From Centroscyllium fabricii (lineage: Eukaryota): 64,000 nt of DNA. This document shows, in pieces, positions 1 to 10,558 of the stretch. Below the pieces are notes generated by a model. The model did not search any database. It was not told the origin of the DNA and saw nothing but the letters and a program-made list of their open reading frames with translations. The stretch covers positions 24,738,001-24,802,000 of the forward strand of contig JBNRSN020000025.1 of the NCBI GenBank assembly GCA_051313645.2, written 5' to 3'. How positions within the stretch are numbered: position 1 is the stretch's first letter; each line of letters opens with the position of its first letter. A program made the translations under genes and the position numbers.

Positions 1-1
1 C

Positions 2-769
2 ATGACCGAGATGATGTTTGAAAGCTTCAAGGTGCCCGCAATGTACGTTGCTGTCCAGGCTGTCCTGGCTCTGTACGCTTCAGGGCGGACCACTGGCTTG
101 GTCATGGACAGTGGGGATGGTGTGACCCACACCGTCCCCATCTACGAAGGCTACTGCCTCCCACACGCCGTCTACAGGTTCGACCTGGCTGGCAGAGACA
201 TCACCCAGTACTTCGTCAGGATCTTGATGGAAGTTGGCCATTCCTTCATCTCCTCTGCAGAGAGAGAGATCGTGAAGGACATCAAGGAGAAGCTGTGCTA
301 CGTGGCCATTGATCCACAGTTGGAGATGAGGAAGAAGCGAGAAGACATCCAGAAGGAGTACAAGCTGCCTGATGGAAATGTCATACAGGTCCAGAGCCAG
401 CTGTTCAGAGCCCCGGAGATACTTTTTTCTCCTGCCAGCGTGGGCTTCGAATGTCCGGGTGTTCACAGGCTGGTCTTCAAGAGCATCTTGAAATGTGACA
501 TCGACCTGCGGAAGTACCTCCATTCAAACGTGCTGCTCTCGGGCGGCTCCACGCTCTTCCCAGGTCTGGATGAAAGGATGTTGAAGGAGCTGCAGTTGCT
601 GGCTCCTGCTGGAGTGCCGGTGAAAGTCATCGCCCCTCCAGAGAGGAAATATTCGGTTTGGATTGGGGCTTCCATCCTCACGTGCTTGACTTCCTTTCAG
701 GAAATGTGGATTACGGCTTGCGAGTACCTGGAGATGGGGTCGTGTGTGGTTCACAGAAAATGTTTCTAG
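2..769 (+). CDS. Actin-like / actin-related protein T (ACTRT2-position), 3' part only; 5' end lies outside the window
   Basis: 255 aa equivalent to actin residues ~123-375 ([51 protein letters not shown]). No introns over this span. ACTRT-like substitutions (QAVLAL, LPHAV, AGRDIT, WIGASI). Confidence 0.9.
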   Translation: MTEMMFESFKVPAMYVAVQAVLALYASGRTTGLVMDSGDGVTHTVPIYEGYCLPHAVYRFDLAGRDITQYFVRILMEVGHSFISSAEREIVKDIKEKLCYVAIDPQLEMRKKREDIQKEYKLPDGNVIQVQSQLFRAPEILFSPASVGFECPGVHRLVFKSILKCDIDLRKYLHSNVLLSGGSTLFPGLDERMLKELQLLAPAGVPVKVIAPPERKYSVWIGASILTCLTSFQEMWITACEYLEMGSCVVHRKCF

Positions 770-851
770 GAACTCCTGTATGAATAAGAACTATCGCTAA
801 AACAAATAGCAGATAATTTAATCGGCCATGGTCTCTTACTGTTGAATGAAA

Positions 852-857
852 AATAAA
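852..857 (+). terminator. Candidate polyadenylation signal of the actin-like gene
   Basis: AATAAA ~80 nt after the stop codon, followed by GT-rich sequence (gttgtggggtgtt). Confidence 0.6.
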
Positions 858-1440
858 CAACTGGAACTAATATTTCTGTGAGTAGCTTCAGTTGTGGGGT
901 GTTCTGACCTTATCTCTGCTGTTAGATTGTAACAATGCACTCCAAATGACCAGGTAGAGGTATATATATATTTATAAGTTATTAAAAATCTTATATCCAT
1001 ATGCACTTCTTGTGTACAAAACTTGACTTCCTGCTGTTGTGTTTTTGTAATATTTTTGTATCAACGTTTTCCCATTATAAATTCCCGTGGCCACATTTAT
1101 GATGGAAACTGCCTGTGTAAACCTGTCACGCTGTGATTACAATCTCCCACCAGTGGGGGCACTGTAGCACTTCAAGCTTACATCTTGCGGGTCTTCACAG
1201 AAACTCCTATACTGCAACCAACTGTAATTCTCTGCTTGCCAAATTGCTTTTTAATAATAAATATCAAATCAAAGTATCTCATATAAATAGGACAAAAAGA
1301 GACCGAGTATATATATATATTTAATATTCTATATCTATCTATACATTATTCAATCATCCCCTGCCCTCTAACCTCGCTTCAGCTGTAGACTACCCTTATT
1401 CATGATTCACCATGTGCAACTCAATGGCAGATCAACTAGT

Positions 1441-1650
1441 AAGGTGTTAAAAGATATAGAAAAGGTAAACCCTACTTCAAGTTAAATCATAATGGAAGGA
1501 CTAGGGAGTACAGGTTCAAATTGGCAAAGGCCAAATTTAAGGCTGTTGTCTGGAAGTTCTTTACACAAAATGTAGTCATAATGTGGAATGGATTTCTTGG
1601 TAGGGTACTGGAGGCAAAAACACCTGAAATAATTTAAGAAACAATTGAAT
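1441..1650 (+). mobile_element. Degraded CR1 LINE 3' fragment
   Basis: Eroded CR1 ORF2 C-terminal motifs (ggactagggagtacaggttcaaatt, ttctttacacaaaatgtagtc...tggaat). Confidence 0.55.
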
Positions 1651-1651
1651 A

Positions 1652-2060
1652 AAGAAAGAACTTGCATTTATATAGTGCCTTTCATGACCTCAATAACTCC
1701 TAAAGTGCTTCACAGCTAATTAAGTACTTTTGAAGTTTAGTCGCTGTTATAATGTAGGAAACTCAGCAGCCAATTTGTTAACATCAAGGTCCCACATGGC
1801 AATTAGATAATGACCAGATAATCTATCAATAGTGAGAGATAAATATTGGCCAGGACATCAGGAGAACTCTCTTTCTCGACTTTGAATAGAGCCATAGGAT
1901 ATTTTATGACTACTTGAGAGAGCAGACGGAGTTTAAGTCTCATCCAAAAAATGGCAGCTTCAACAGTGCAGCATTCCCTCAGTACTGTACTCAAGTGTCA
2001 ACCTGGATTACGTGCTCAAGTCTCTGGACTGGGACTTGAACTAAGAGTTGAACCCAGTCC
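1652..2060 (-). mobile_element. Deu-domain SINE (SacSINE1-like) with L2-derived tail
   Basis: aaagaacttgcatttatatagtgcctttcatgac tail plus Deu-like core (cagtgcagcattccctcagtactg). Homologous to 9521-9875 and 63378-63600. Confidence 0.7.
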
Positions 2061-2384
2061 AAGCTGATGAAACGAAAGCCTCCTTTCCCTGCTGGCCACC
2101 AAGGTATTCGTGAAGTATAAACTACCCAGAATTCAGCATTAATTTCTAATTAATTAGCATTCTTGTTGAAAGAGGATATAAGGAGGATGTTGTCATAACA
2201 GGAACATTTATGAAGTAGGCTTGTGAAGCTGCAGTTGAAGCACTTTGTTAGGGGCAAGCAGAGGTTCTTTTACCCTGCTCTTTGTTTTACCTGACCTCGG
2301 AGTTCATGATGCCAACACTGGCCACTAAAAGTGAAATGTTCTATTCTCCTGCACTGGTCTTTTGTGTATTCCCCCTCCCTTTGC

Positions 2385-2610
2385 TCCACCATTGGTAGCT
2401 GTGCCTTCAACAATCTTGGGCCCCACACTCAATAATTCCCTCACTAAACCCCTCTGCATTTTCACCTCCTTGAAACCCATCTCTTTGACAAAGCTTTTGG
2501 TCACTCCCGACTAATATCTCCTTTTCTGGCTCGGTGTCCACTTTTATACCTCTATGAAGCACCTTGGAATGTTAGTCTATGTTAAACGTGCTATATAAAT
2601 GCAAGCTCTT
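2385..2610 (+). mobile_element. L2 LINE 3' fragment
   Basis: ccaccattggtagctgtgccttc...aagcaccttggaatg...gctatataaatgcaag. Reverse-complement homolog at 33027-33488. Confidence 0.7.
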
Positions 2611-3047
2611 TCTGCTTTTTTAAAATAGATAATTCTATCTATTGGGATGTAACTGTTGTCAAAGCAACTAGTTACAAGCAATCTAAAGTACAGAGAATAT
2701 GGACTTATTTTACCTCAGGTGGGGATCAGTAGGTGGGGGCCAGGGAAGTAATAAGTTCACATGCTGAGGCCCGGAGTGATTTTAGTTCCCGGGCCTCGTT
2801 GACATATGCAAGACTGGACTCCCGCCTGAAACCAGCAGAAATTACTGCCGAGTCATAAGGCAGAAACAAGAATTTGGTACAGGAAGCCACCACTGGAGCC
2901 CCATGGGAATGATCCCCTGCACAAGGCAAGTGCATTGGAGGGCTCCAGTAGGGGAATCCCTATCAAGGGAGGGGGGAAGCTTGGGGCAGGATTGGCACAA
3001 GGTTTCCTCGTGGGGCCCACAAAGAAACAAAAAAAAATGTAAAATGT

Positions 3048-3323
3048 ACCAAGTGCAACATATCAATGTTTGCAGACGATACAAAGATGGGAGGGAGAGT
3101 GATGAGTGAGGAGGACATTAAAAACCTGCAAAAGGACATAGACAGGCTAAGTGAGTGGGCAGAGATTTGGCAGATGGAATATAATAGTGGAAAGTGTGAG
3201 GTTATGCACTTCGGCAGGAAAATTCATAGAGCGAGTTATTATCTTAATGGAAAGAAACTGGGAAGTACTTCAGTACAAAGGGATCTGGGGGTCTTGGTGC
3301 AGGAAACACAAAAAGTTATTATG
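3048..3323 (+). mobile_element. CR1 LINE, RT portion (5' part, interrupted by the Gypsy element)
   Basis: FADDTKMGG...LQKDIDRLSEWAEIWQMEYNSGKCEVMHFG...RDLGVLV. Continues at 7905. Confidence 0.92.
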
Positions 3324-3517
3324 TGTAAGGATAACTGTGACTGATGTAAAGTCAGCACAGTCTGCTTTATGTTTGACATCATGCCCGAGTGGCGGGAGCG
3401 GACACCATCTGTAACATGCCTCAGTTGAGGCTTGAAATTGATGGTAGAAGACCTGAATAAAGAAGCTCCGGTTAAACTAAGTGCTGGCCTCCCGACTGAT
3501 CTCTTCATAACATTACA
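3324..3517 (+). repeat. 5' LTR
   Basis: tgtaaggata...cattaca. Direct repeat of 7711-7904. Contains AATAAA. Confidence 0.95.
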
Positions 3518-3528
3518 TGGTACCAGGA
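3518..3528 (+). other. Primer binding site (tRNA-Leu-like)
   Basis: TGGTACCAGGA immediately after the 5' LTR, complementary to a tRNA 3' end ...UCCUGGUACCA. Confidence 0.7.
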
Positions 3529-3561
3529 TTAGCAAACTCACCAACGGACTGAAGCAGCAGG

Positions 3562-4878
3562 ATGGAAGGTATCAAACCCCCAGCAAATCTTCAATTAGAC
3601 GGCAATGTGGATGAAAATTGGCGCGTATTCAACACAGATTTATGTTATACCTGACGGCCATCGAGGTGACCACAAGCGCAGGCACACGGAAAGTTGCGCT
3701 TCTACTGACGGTTGCGGGCATGCAGGCAAACCAGTTGTTCAATATTTTTGCTTTTGAGTTCAAGGAGGACAAAAGTGACTTTAATAAAGTTATGAAAAAG
3801 TTCGAGGACTTTTGCGCACCAAAGAAGAATGAGACCTACGAAAGGTTCGTGTTTTGCTCCAGAACACAGAAACCGGGGGAGACCTTTGATGTCTTCGTGA
3901 CTGACCTAAAATTCAAAGCACATTCGTGCAATTTTAAGGATCTAAAGGATTCGATGATAAGAGATCAGATAGTCTTCGGCATATATGATAAGAAACTGCA
4001 GGAAAGAATGCTGAGAGACAGCGATTTGAAGCTGGAAGAGGCAGCCAAGATCTGCCACATGAGTGAGCTATCAGCATCGCAAACAAAAATGTTTGAGGGG
4101 AACGTCCAGGGGCTGCAGAGTCTTCCAGTAGATGTAATATAGAGAAGGAAGTACGGAGAGCCACGAGAGCTTGCAGACTATCACAAAATGGCGGCGCACA
4201 ACGCGAGGGAGCCTTGAGGGGGCCACCAAGCACAAAATGGCGGCATATGACTACAGAGAGGCCAGAGGGCCCAGCGACTACAAAATGGCGGTGTTTGACT
4301 ACAGAGAGGCCAGAGGGCTCAGTGAGTACAAAATAGCGGCATTCGAATGCAATCGGTGTGGCAACAAGCATGGGGCCAGGCAGTGCCCAGCATATGGAAA
4401 AAGCTGCGCGAAATGCAAAGGAAGAAATGACTTTACAAGAATGTGCCTTTGGGAACAAAGCAAAAAGCCGGTGCATGCAGCAGGGACAGCAGAAGCGGGG
4501 GCCCAATCATGGTATGTGGGAATGGTGCGAGACACTCAGCCCACAGGACCAAACAAAGAGGCCTGGGTCGCTCATATACAAGTAAATGGAACAACAATCC
4601 CCTTTAAGCTCAATGCGGGAGCAAAAGCGAACTTGATAAGCTGTGGGGATGTAAAAAAACTAAAAGTTAAGCATCAAATGATAAAAAGGACGGTGTCCTT
4701 AAGAGCGTACAATGGACAGAGCATAGAAACAAGAGGAATGTGCAGATTGAAGCTGATAGTTAAACAGCGCAGGCACTTACTCAACTTTGTGATAGTGTCA
4801 GAAGGGCACGAATCTTTATTAGGTGATAAGGCCTGCATGGACTTGGGATTAGTCAAACGAGTGTACACTATTAATGAC
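3562..4878 (+). pseudogene. gag: Gypsy gag and protease (frameshift near 3630, stop at 4140-4142)
   Basis: MEGIKPPANLQLDGNVDENW..., ERFVFCSRTQKPGETFD, MIRDQIVFGI. Zn knuckles CNRCGNKH...C and CAKCKGRND...C. Protease motif mutated to LNAGA. Confidence 0.85.
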
Positions 4879-5093
4879 CATAATGTGAAGGTGCCGGTGT
4901 TGGACTGGGGTGGACAAATGCAAGAACTCACACAACACCAGATTATACTCCAACGGTTTTATTTTAAATCACAAGCTTTCCGAGCGTTCTGCCCCTTCGT
5001 CAGGTGAACACCTGACGAAGGGGCAGAACGCTCCGAAAGCTTGTGATTTAAAATAAAACCGTTGGACTATAATCTGGTGTTGTGTGACTTCTT
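4879..5093. mobile_element. Penelope-derived inverted (hairpin) unit with hammerhead motifs, inserted in Gypsy pol
   Basis: Arms ~4922-5006 and 5009-5093. 12-bp TSD actattaatgac at 4867-4878 and 5094-5105. Same family as 22326-22635. Confidence 0.85.
5009..5046 (+). ncRNA. Minimal hammerhead ribozyme motif (Penelope type)
   Basis: CAC-CTGACGA-A-GGGGC/AGAAC/GCTCC-GAAA-GCTT-GTG: core boxes, stem II, palindromic AAGCTT in place of stem III, short stem I. Confidence 0.65.
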
Positions 5094-7543
5094 ACTATTA
5101 ATGACATAAATGAAGCTCAAAGTGAACGGCGAGGAAGCTTGGACATAAAGTGGGACAATATTGTGCAGAGATATGCGGACGTGTTTCGGGGGTTTGGAGC
5201 GCTGCCCTTCACGTACTCGATTAAATTCAGGGAGGATGCACAACCAGTTATACATGCACCCCAGAGAGTGCCAGAGGCCCTCAGCGAGAAGCTGAGAAAG
5301 GAGCTGGTGCTAATGGAGGGATTGGGTGTGATAAAAAGAATAGAACAGCCAACTGACTGGGTCAATTCCATGGTCTGTGTCAGTTCAAAGACCAATAATA
5401 AACTGAGTGTATGCATGGACCCCAAAGATTTGAATGCAAATATAAAGAGGGAACACTATCAGATCCCAAAAAGGGAAGAAATAATGAGCAAAATGGCAGA
5501 AGCCAAATTCTTTTCGAAAATGGATGCATCCCATGGATTTTGGCAACTTAAATTGGATGAGGAAAGTGCCAAGCTCTGTACATTCAACACCCCGTTTGGG
5601 AGGTACTCATATCAAGGCCTGCCATTCAGAATAAGCTCAGCCCCAGAAATATTCCACAGAGTGATGGAAACGATTATAGAGGGCTTGGAAGGGGTGCGAG
5701 TGTATGTAGATGATATCGTGGTATGGGGTTCCACACAGAAGGAACATGACAGCAGGCTGGAAAAAACACTCCAGCGCATACAACAATATGGGCTCAAATT
5801 AAACAAAGAAAAATGCCAATTTAAAGTACAGGAGATCACTTTCCTGGGAGATAAAATCTCCACAAGAGGGGTACAGCTGAATCAAAATAAGATTAAAGCC
5901 ATACAGGACATGGGAATGCCTGAGGACAAAAAAGGGATGCAAAGGGCCCTTGGCATGGTGAACTATCTAGGGAAATTTATCCCAAATCTGGCCACGAAAA
6001 CTGGGCACCTGAGGAAGCTGTTGCAACCAGAGACAGAGTTCCAATGGGTTCATGAACACAAACAGGAATGGAAGGGGCTGTTGCGGATTTTAGCAACCGA
6101 ACCCCTGTTAAAATTCTTTTGTCCAAAAAAAAGGACAAAGGTGTCAACCGATGCTTCCAAGAATGGGCTCGGGGTGGTAATACTACAAGAGGATGAAGGT
6201 GAATGGAGGCCAGTGGCATATGCATCAAGGTCAATGACGGCCACAGAGTGCAGGTATGCACAGATTGAAAAAGAATGCCTGGTTCTTGCATTTGGGTGTG
6301 GAAAAAAAGATCCCGTGCTGAGGAAGGTAGTAAAAAACCTTCAGGAGGGATGGAAGAGAGGTTCCTGCAAGCAATACTACCAGATACAGGGGGAACTGTC
6401 AGTGGTAAATGGAATCCTACTAAAAGGGGACAGAATTGTGGTGCCCACCTCCATGCAACCGGAGATGTTGGGGAGGATACATGAAGGGCACCTGGGGGTC
6501 GAGAAATCCAAACGGCGGGCGAGAGAGGCACTGTACTGGCCAAATATGAATGCGGACATTGACCAATTAATAAGTGAATGTGCCACATGCCAGGAATATC
6601 AATATAAACAAACTAAGGAACCCCTCCTAATGACAGAAATCCCTAATCGCCCATGGGAAAAAGTAGGAACGGACATGTTCAATTTTGGGGGAAAGGACTA
6701 TTTGTTAGTCATAGATTACTATTCAAATTACCCTGAGATAGCCCTGCTGTCTAGCACCATGTCAAGAGGTGTTATTACACATCTGAAATCAATCTTTTCA
6801 AGACAGGGCATCCCCAGGATACTGGTGTCGGATAATGGACCCCCATATGCCAGCCAAGAATTTAGGGCATTTGCCTCCGAACACGATTTCCAACACATAA
6901 CGTCTAGTCCGCACTACCCTCAGGCAAACGGAAAGGGCGAAAAGGGAGTGCAAATAGTCAAACAACTCCTTAAGAAAGCAGAGAGCAGCAATGCCGACCC
7001 ATAATGTCATACAGGGCTGCACCACTGGCAAGTGGCAAGTTGCCAGCCGAGTTGCTAATGGGCAGAAAACTAAGGACAAGAATACCTTGTTACACTGCAC
7101 CAGACCAAAGAAATGATAACTGGGCGGAAAAGGCTAGAAGGCTGCAATTGTCCCAAAAGAGGTACCACGATAGGAATGCCACAGGACTAGCCCCATTGCA
7201 AGAAAGGGACATGGTCCGCATTCAGGGACCAGAGTCGTAGTCAAAAAAGGCCACAGTCCGACAGTAGGTTGCCCCCAGATCCTACAATGTAATGACGGAA
7301 TCAGGAGAGGTGTACCGAAGGAACAGGAGGCACATCTTGAAGACAAACGAGACATTTTGCCCCCAAGAGGGGGTAGAGGAAGAGGAACAGATGGGGGAGA
7401 CCTCACAAATGGAACAGGAAACAAGGGACGTGAGTGGTCCAGAGACGGACACAAGAGATAGAATGGGGGACACTATACCAACAACGGTCCCACTAAGAAG
7501 GTCACAAAGGGCCAGAAGGCCTGTGATCAGAATGGACTTGTGA
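5094..7543 (+). pseudogene. pol: Gypsy pol (RT, truncated RNase H, integrase)
   Basis: RT: MDASHGFWQ, LPFRISSAPEIF, YVDDIVV. RNase H: TDASK...YAQIEKE. Integrase: HEGHLG...CATC, IDYYS, SDNGP, PQANGKGE. Frameshifts after 7003. Confidence 0.93.
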
Positions 7544-7699
7544 CCAGGAGTGTAATGTAATAACAAACATGTATTGTAAATAGTTACAGGGGTGCCTGGA
7601 AAGGGCTCTGAAGGAAAGTCATCATAACCATGTATATTCGTGTAAATATGTTATTTCACGTGTTATCAATAGTTCATGTATGTACAATGTTACCCCTAT

Positions 7700-7710
7700 A
7701 AAGGGGAAGA
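7700..7710 (+). other. Polypurine tract
   Basis: aaaggggaaga directly abutting the 3' LTR. Confidence 0.85.
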
Positions 7711-7904
7711 TGTAAGGATAACTGTGACAGATGTAAAGTCAGCACAGTCTGCTTTACATCTGACGTCACGCCTGAGTGGCGGGAGCGGACGCCATCTGTA
7801 ACATGCCTCAGTTGAGGCTTGGAGTTGGTGGTGTAAGACCTGAATAAAGAAGCTCCGGTTAAACTAAGTGTTGGCCTCCCAACTGATCTCTTCATAACAT
7901 TACA
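7711..7904 (+). repeat. 3' LTR
   Basis: Direct repeat of 3324-3517, with about 15 substitutions by eye. Confidence 0.95.
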
Positions 7905-8850
7905 GTATGCAGGTGCAGCAGGTGATCAGGAAGGCCAACGGAATGTTGGCTTTTATTGCCAAGGGGATGGAGTATAAAATCAGGAAGGTCTTGCTACAGT
8001 TGTACAGGGTATTGGTGAGACCACACCTGGAATACTGCATGCAGTTCTGGTATCCATATTTAAGAAGACATACTTGCTCTCGAGGCAGTGCAAAGAAGGT
8101 TCACTCGGTTAATCCTGGGGAATGAGGGGGCTGACATATGAGGAGAGGTTGAGCAGATTGGGCCTCTACTCGTTGGAGATCAGAAGAATGAGAGGTGATC
8201 TTATTAAAACATATAAGATTGTGAAGGGGCTTGATTGAGTGGATGCAGCGAGGATGTTTCCAATGGTGGGTGAAACTAAAACTAGGGGGCATAATCTTAA
8301 AATAAGGGGCTGCCCTTTCAAAACTGAGATGAGGAGAAACTTCTTCACTCAGAGGGTGGTAGGTCCCTGGAATTTGCTGCCCTAGAGAGCTGTGGAAGCT
8401 ACAACATTGAATACATTTAAAACAGAGATAGACAGTTTCCAAGAAGTAAAGGGAATTTGGGGTTACAGTGAGCGGGCAGGTAAGTGGACGTGAGTCTTGG
8501 TTCAGATTGGCCATGGTCCTGTGGATGGCAGAGCGGGCCCGGGGGCCGTGTGGCCTGGTCACCTCTTACAGAAGGTAGGTTCTGCAGGAAATTCAGGGCC
8601 AGAGTGATCTCCTGGACGAGTTTCGATCGCCTAGATGGGTCGGAGAGGAATTTCCCAGATTTTTCCTCCCAAATTGCCTACTGGGTTTTTTATCTGGTTT
8701 TTCGCCTCTCCCAGGCGATCACATGGGTTTGGGTGGGATGGAGAGTAAAGGTAGATTTGAGGTTAGGATCAGATCAGCCATGATCTTATCGAATGGCGGA
8801 GCAGGCTTGAGGGGCCGATTGGCCTACTCCTGCTCCTATTTCTTTTGTTT
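7905..8850 (+). mobile_element. CR1 LINE, 3' part with extended 3' UTR
   Basis: QVIRKANGMLAFI...LYRVLVRPHLEYC, FFTQRVV-type motif, terminal gaatggcggagcaggcttgaggggcc...cctactcctgctcct. Confidence 0.92.
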
Positions 8851-9520
8851 TTATATACCTCGCTGGATTTCTGTGGCGCTGGCAGCTGTTCCTGGTAGGT
8901 TTTGCCTGGCAGGGATGCCAGTACTGCTCCCCCGCTCAGGACTCAGGTTAAACGGGCTGATCGGGCCCTGATGACATAATCAGGGCTTAATGTACATATT
9001 TATAGAGGACACTGCTGGCTTGGGGCAGGTGCCCTTGCCACCTGCAATTTAAAATAGCATTTGGCAAGATTGAGGCGGGAAAGGAGTTGGTAAGTCCATT
9101 TAACTGCCTCCATCTAATTTCCGCAGGGTGGGGAGAGTTACAATCAAGGCTTACAGGTCTTCCACAACTATTATAGAGCTCAATCCAAAAGACGTTCACA
9201 CATTGAGTAGAAGGATTTATTGAAAGAAAACCACACAGACTGTTCTAACACTGACACACAAAATGCGTGGGCTAGTACAGCCCCAAAATGACCAAAGATG
9301 TTAAAGTATACAAACAAATTAACAGGTCAATAAATTCAACATTATGAACGGGATTGATAAAGCTGATCCAGGCACATTTTTCACTGTGCTAAAGTTAGGT
9401 GTAAAAAGGAATGTTGAGCGGAATATTTTTCCACTGAAAGGGTAACAGTCTTGTGATAAGGGAAAGGCATCTAAGTGAACAGTTTATTAGGCCATTAGAT
9501 GCATTTTTAGAGAAAAAAGA

Positions 9521-9875
9521 AAAGAACTTGCATTTGTAGAACACCTTTCATGTCACCAAGACCACCCAAAGCACTTCATAGCCAATGAAGTACTTTTGAA
9601 GTGTCATCATGGTTGTAACGTAAGGAAATGCAGCAGTCAATTTATGCACAGCAAGGTCCCATAAACAGCAATGAGATAAATGATCAGATAATCAGTTTTT
9701 GGTGGTGTTGGTTGAGGGATAAATATTGTCCAGGACACCGGAAGAACAGCCTGCTCTTCCTATAGTGCCATGGGGTCATTTAGGTCCATCCAAGGGCAGG
9801 TGGGACCTTGATTAATGTCTCTTCCAAAAAACGGCACCTCCATCAGCGCTGCACTCAATTGTCAGCCTAGATTAG
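9521..9875 (-). mobile_element. Deu-domain SINE (SacSINE1-like)
   Basis: Homologous to 1652-2060. Confidence 0.65.
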
Positions 9876-10558
9876 GATAGGATGAAAAGGGGGTAGGGGT
9901 AGTTTATCTCTGAAAAGAGATGGACTAATGACCTTTTCCTATTCTGTGGTTCTTAAAGTGGCACGTTCAAACGTGGGCTGCAATAAATATCCGAGAAGAA
10001 AGCCAAGTGCATTGATGTGTTTCCCAAGAACAAATTGTTTGTGATAAGGCTTGAGAATCTAAGTGGCTTTTTCTCATTCAGTGCTTCATGTTTGTGATAA
10101 TGATGTGCTACCATGTCACCCTGTGGGACTTTTGACTGTTTTAACATTCATCGTTTTCTTTGCATAGTTTATTTGATAAGAAATAGGTCCAGACAGAATT
10201 TGTCTCTGAGGAATAAGCTTTATTTATATCCATGACCATAGATATCTGTAATAGTGTTGGATCATCTGGAAGAAGGATTTAGATAATTCCAAGGAAGATG
10301 AGGTATGGGATGAGATTTGGCTGCTTGCACACAAGGTCTCCATTGGTAACAACCTAAGAGAGATATAGTTTCAAATATTACTTTGATTCCACTGCACATC
10401 AATTGGCAAGGATATATTTTCTCAAATCCCAGTAACTATATGATAAATGCATTGCTAATTTCACAATGTAATATACTTCTGTTCCGGGTTAGCTAATTTC
10501 AGATCAAATCTATGCAAAGTCATGCAAAATATTACTAATATTTGTATCTTAAACTGAA

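Larger units (their letters stand above)
3324..7904 (+). mobile_element. Full-length, defective Gypsy/Ty3 LTR retrotransposon
   Basis: Two 194-bp TG...CA LTRs, PBS, PPT, and gag-PR-RT-RNaseH-IN order. 5-bp TSD ttatg (3319-3323) / gtatg (7905-7909). Confidence 0.96.
2700..9150. mobile_element. Old non-autonomous DNA transposon (MITE-like), split by the CR1/Gypsy insertions; halves ~2700-3047 and ~8855-9150
   Basis: Two GC-richer blocks flank the CR1, with degenerate terminal inverted repeats (ggacttattttacc / gttacaatcaaggc). Confidence 0.35.
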
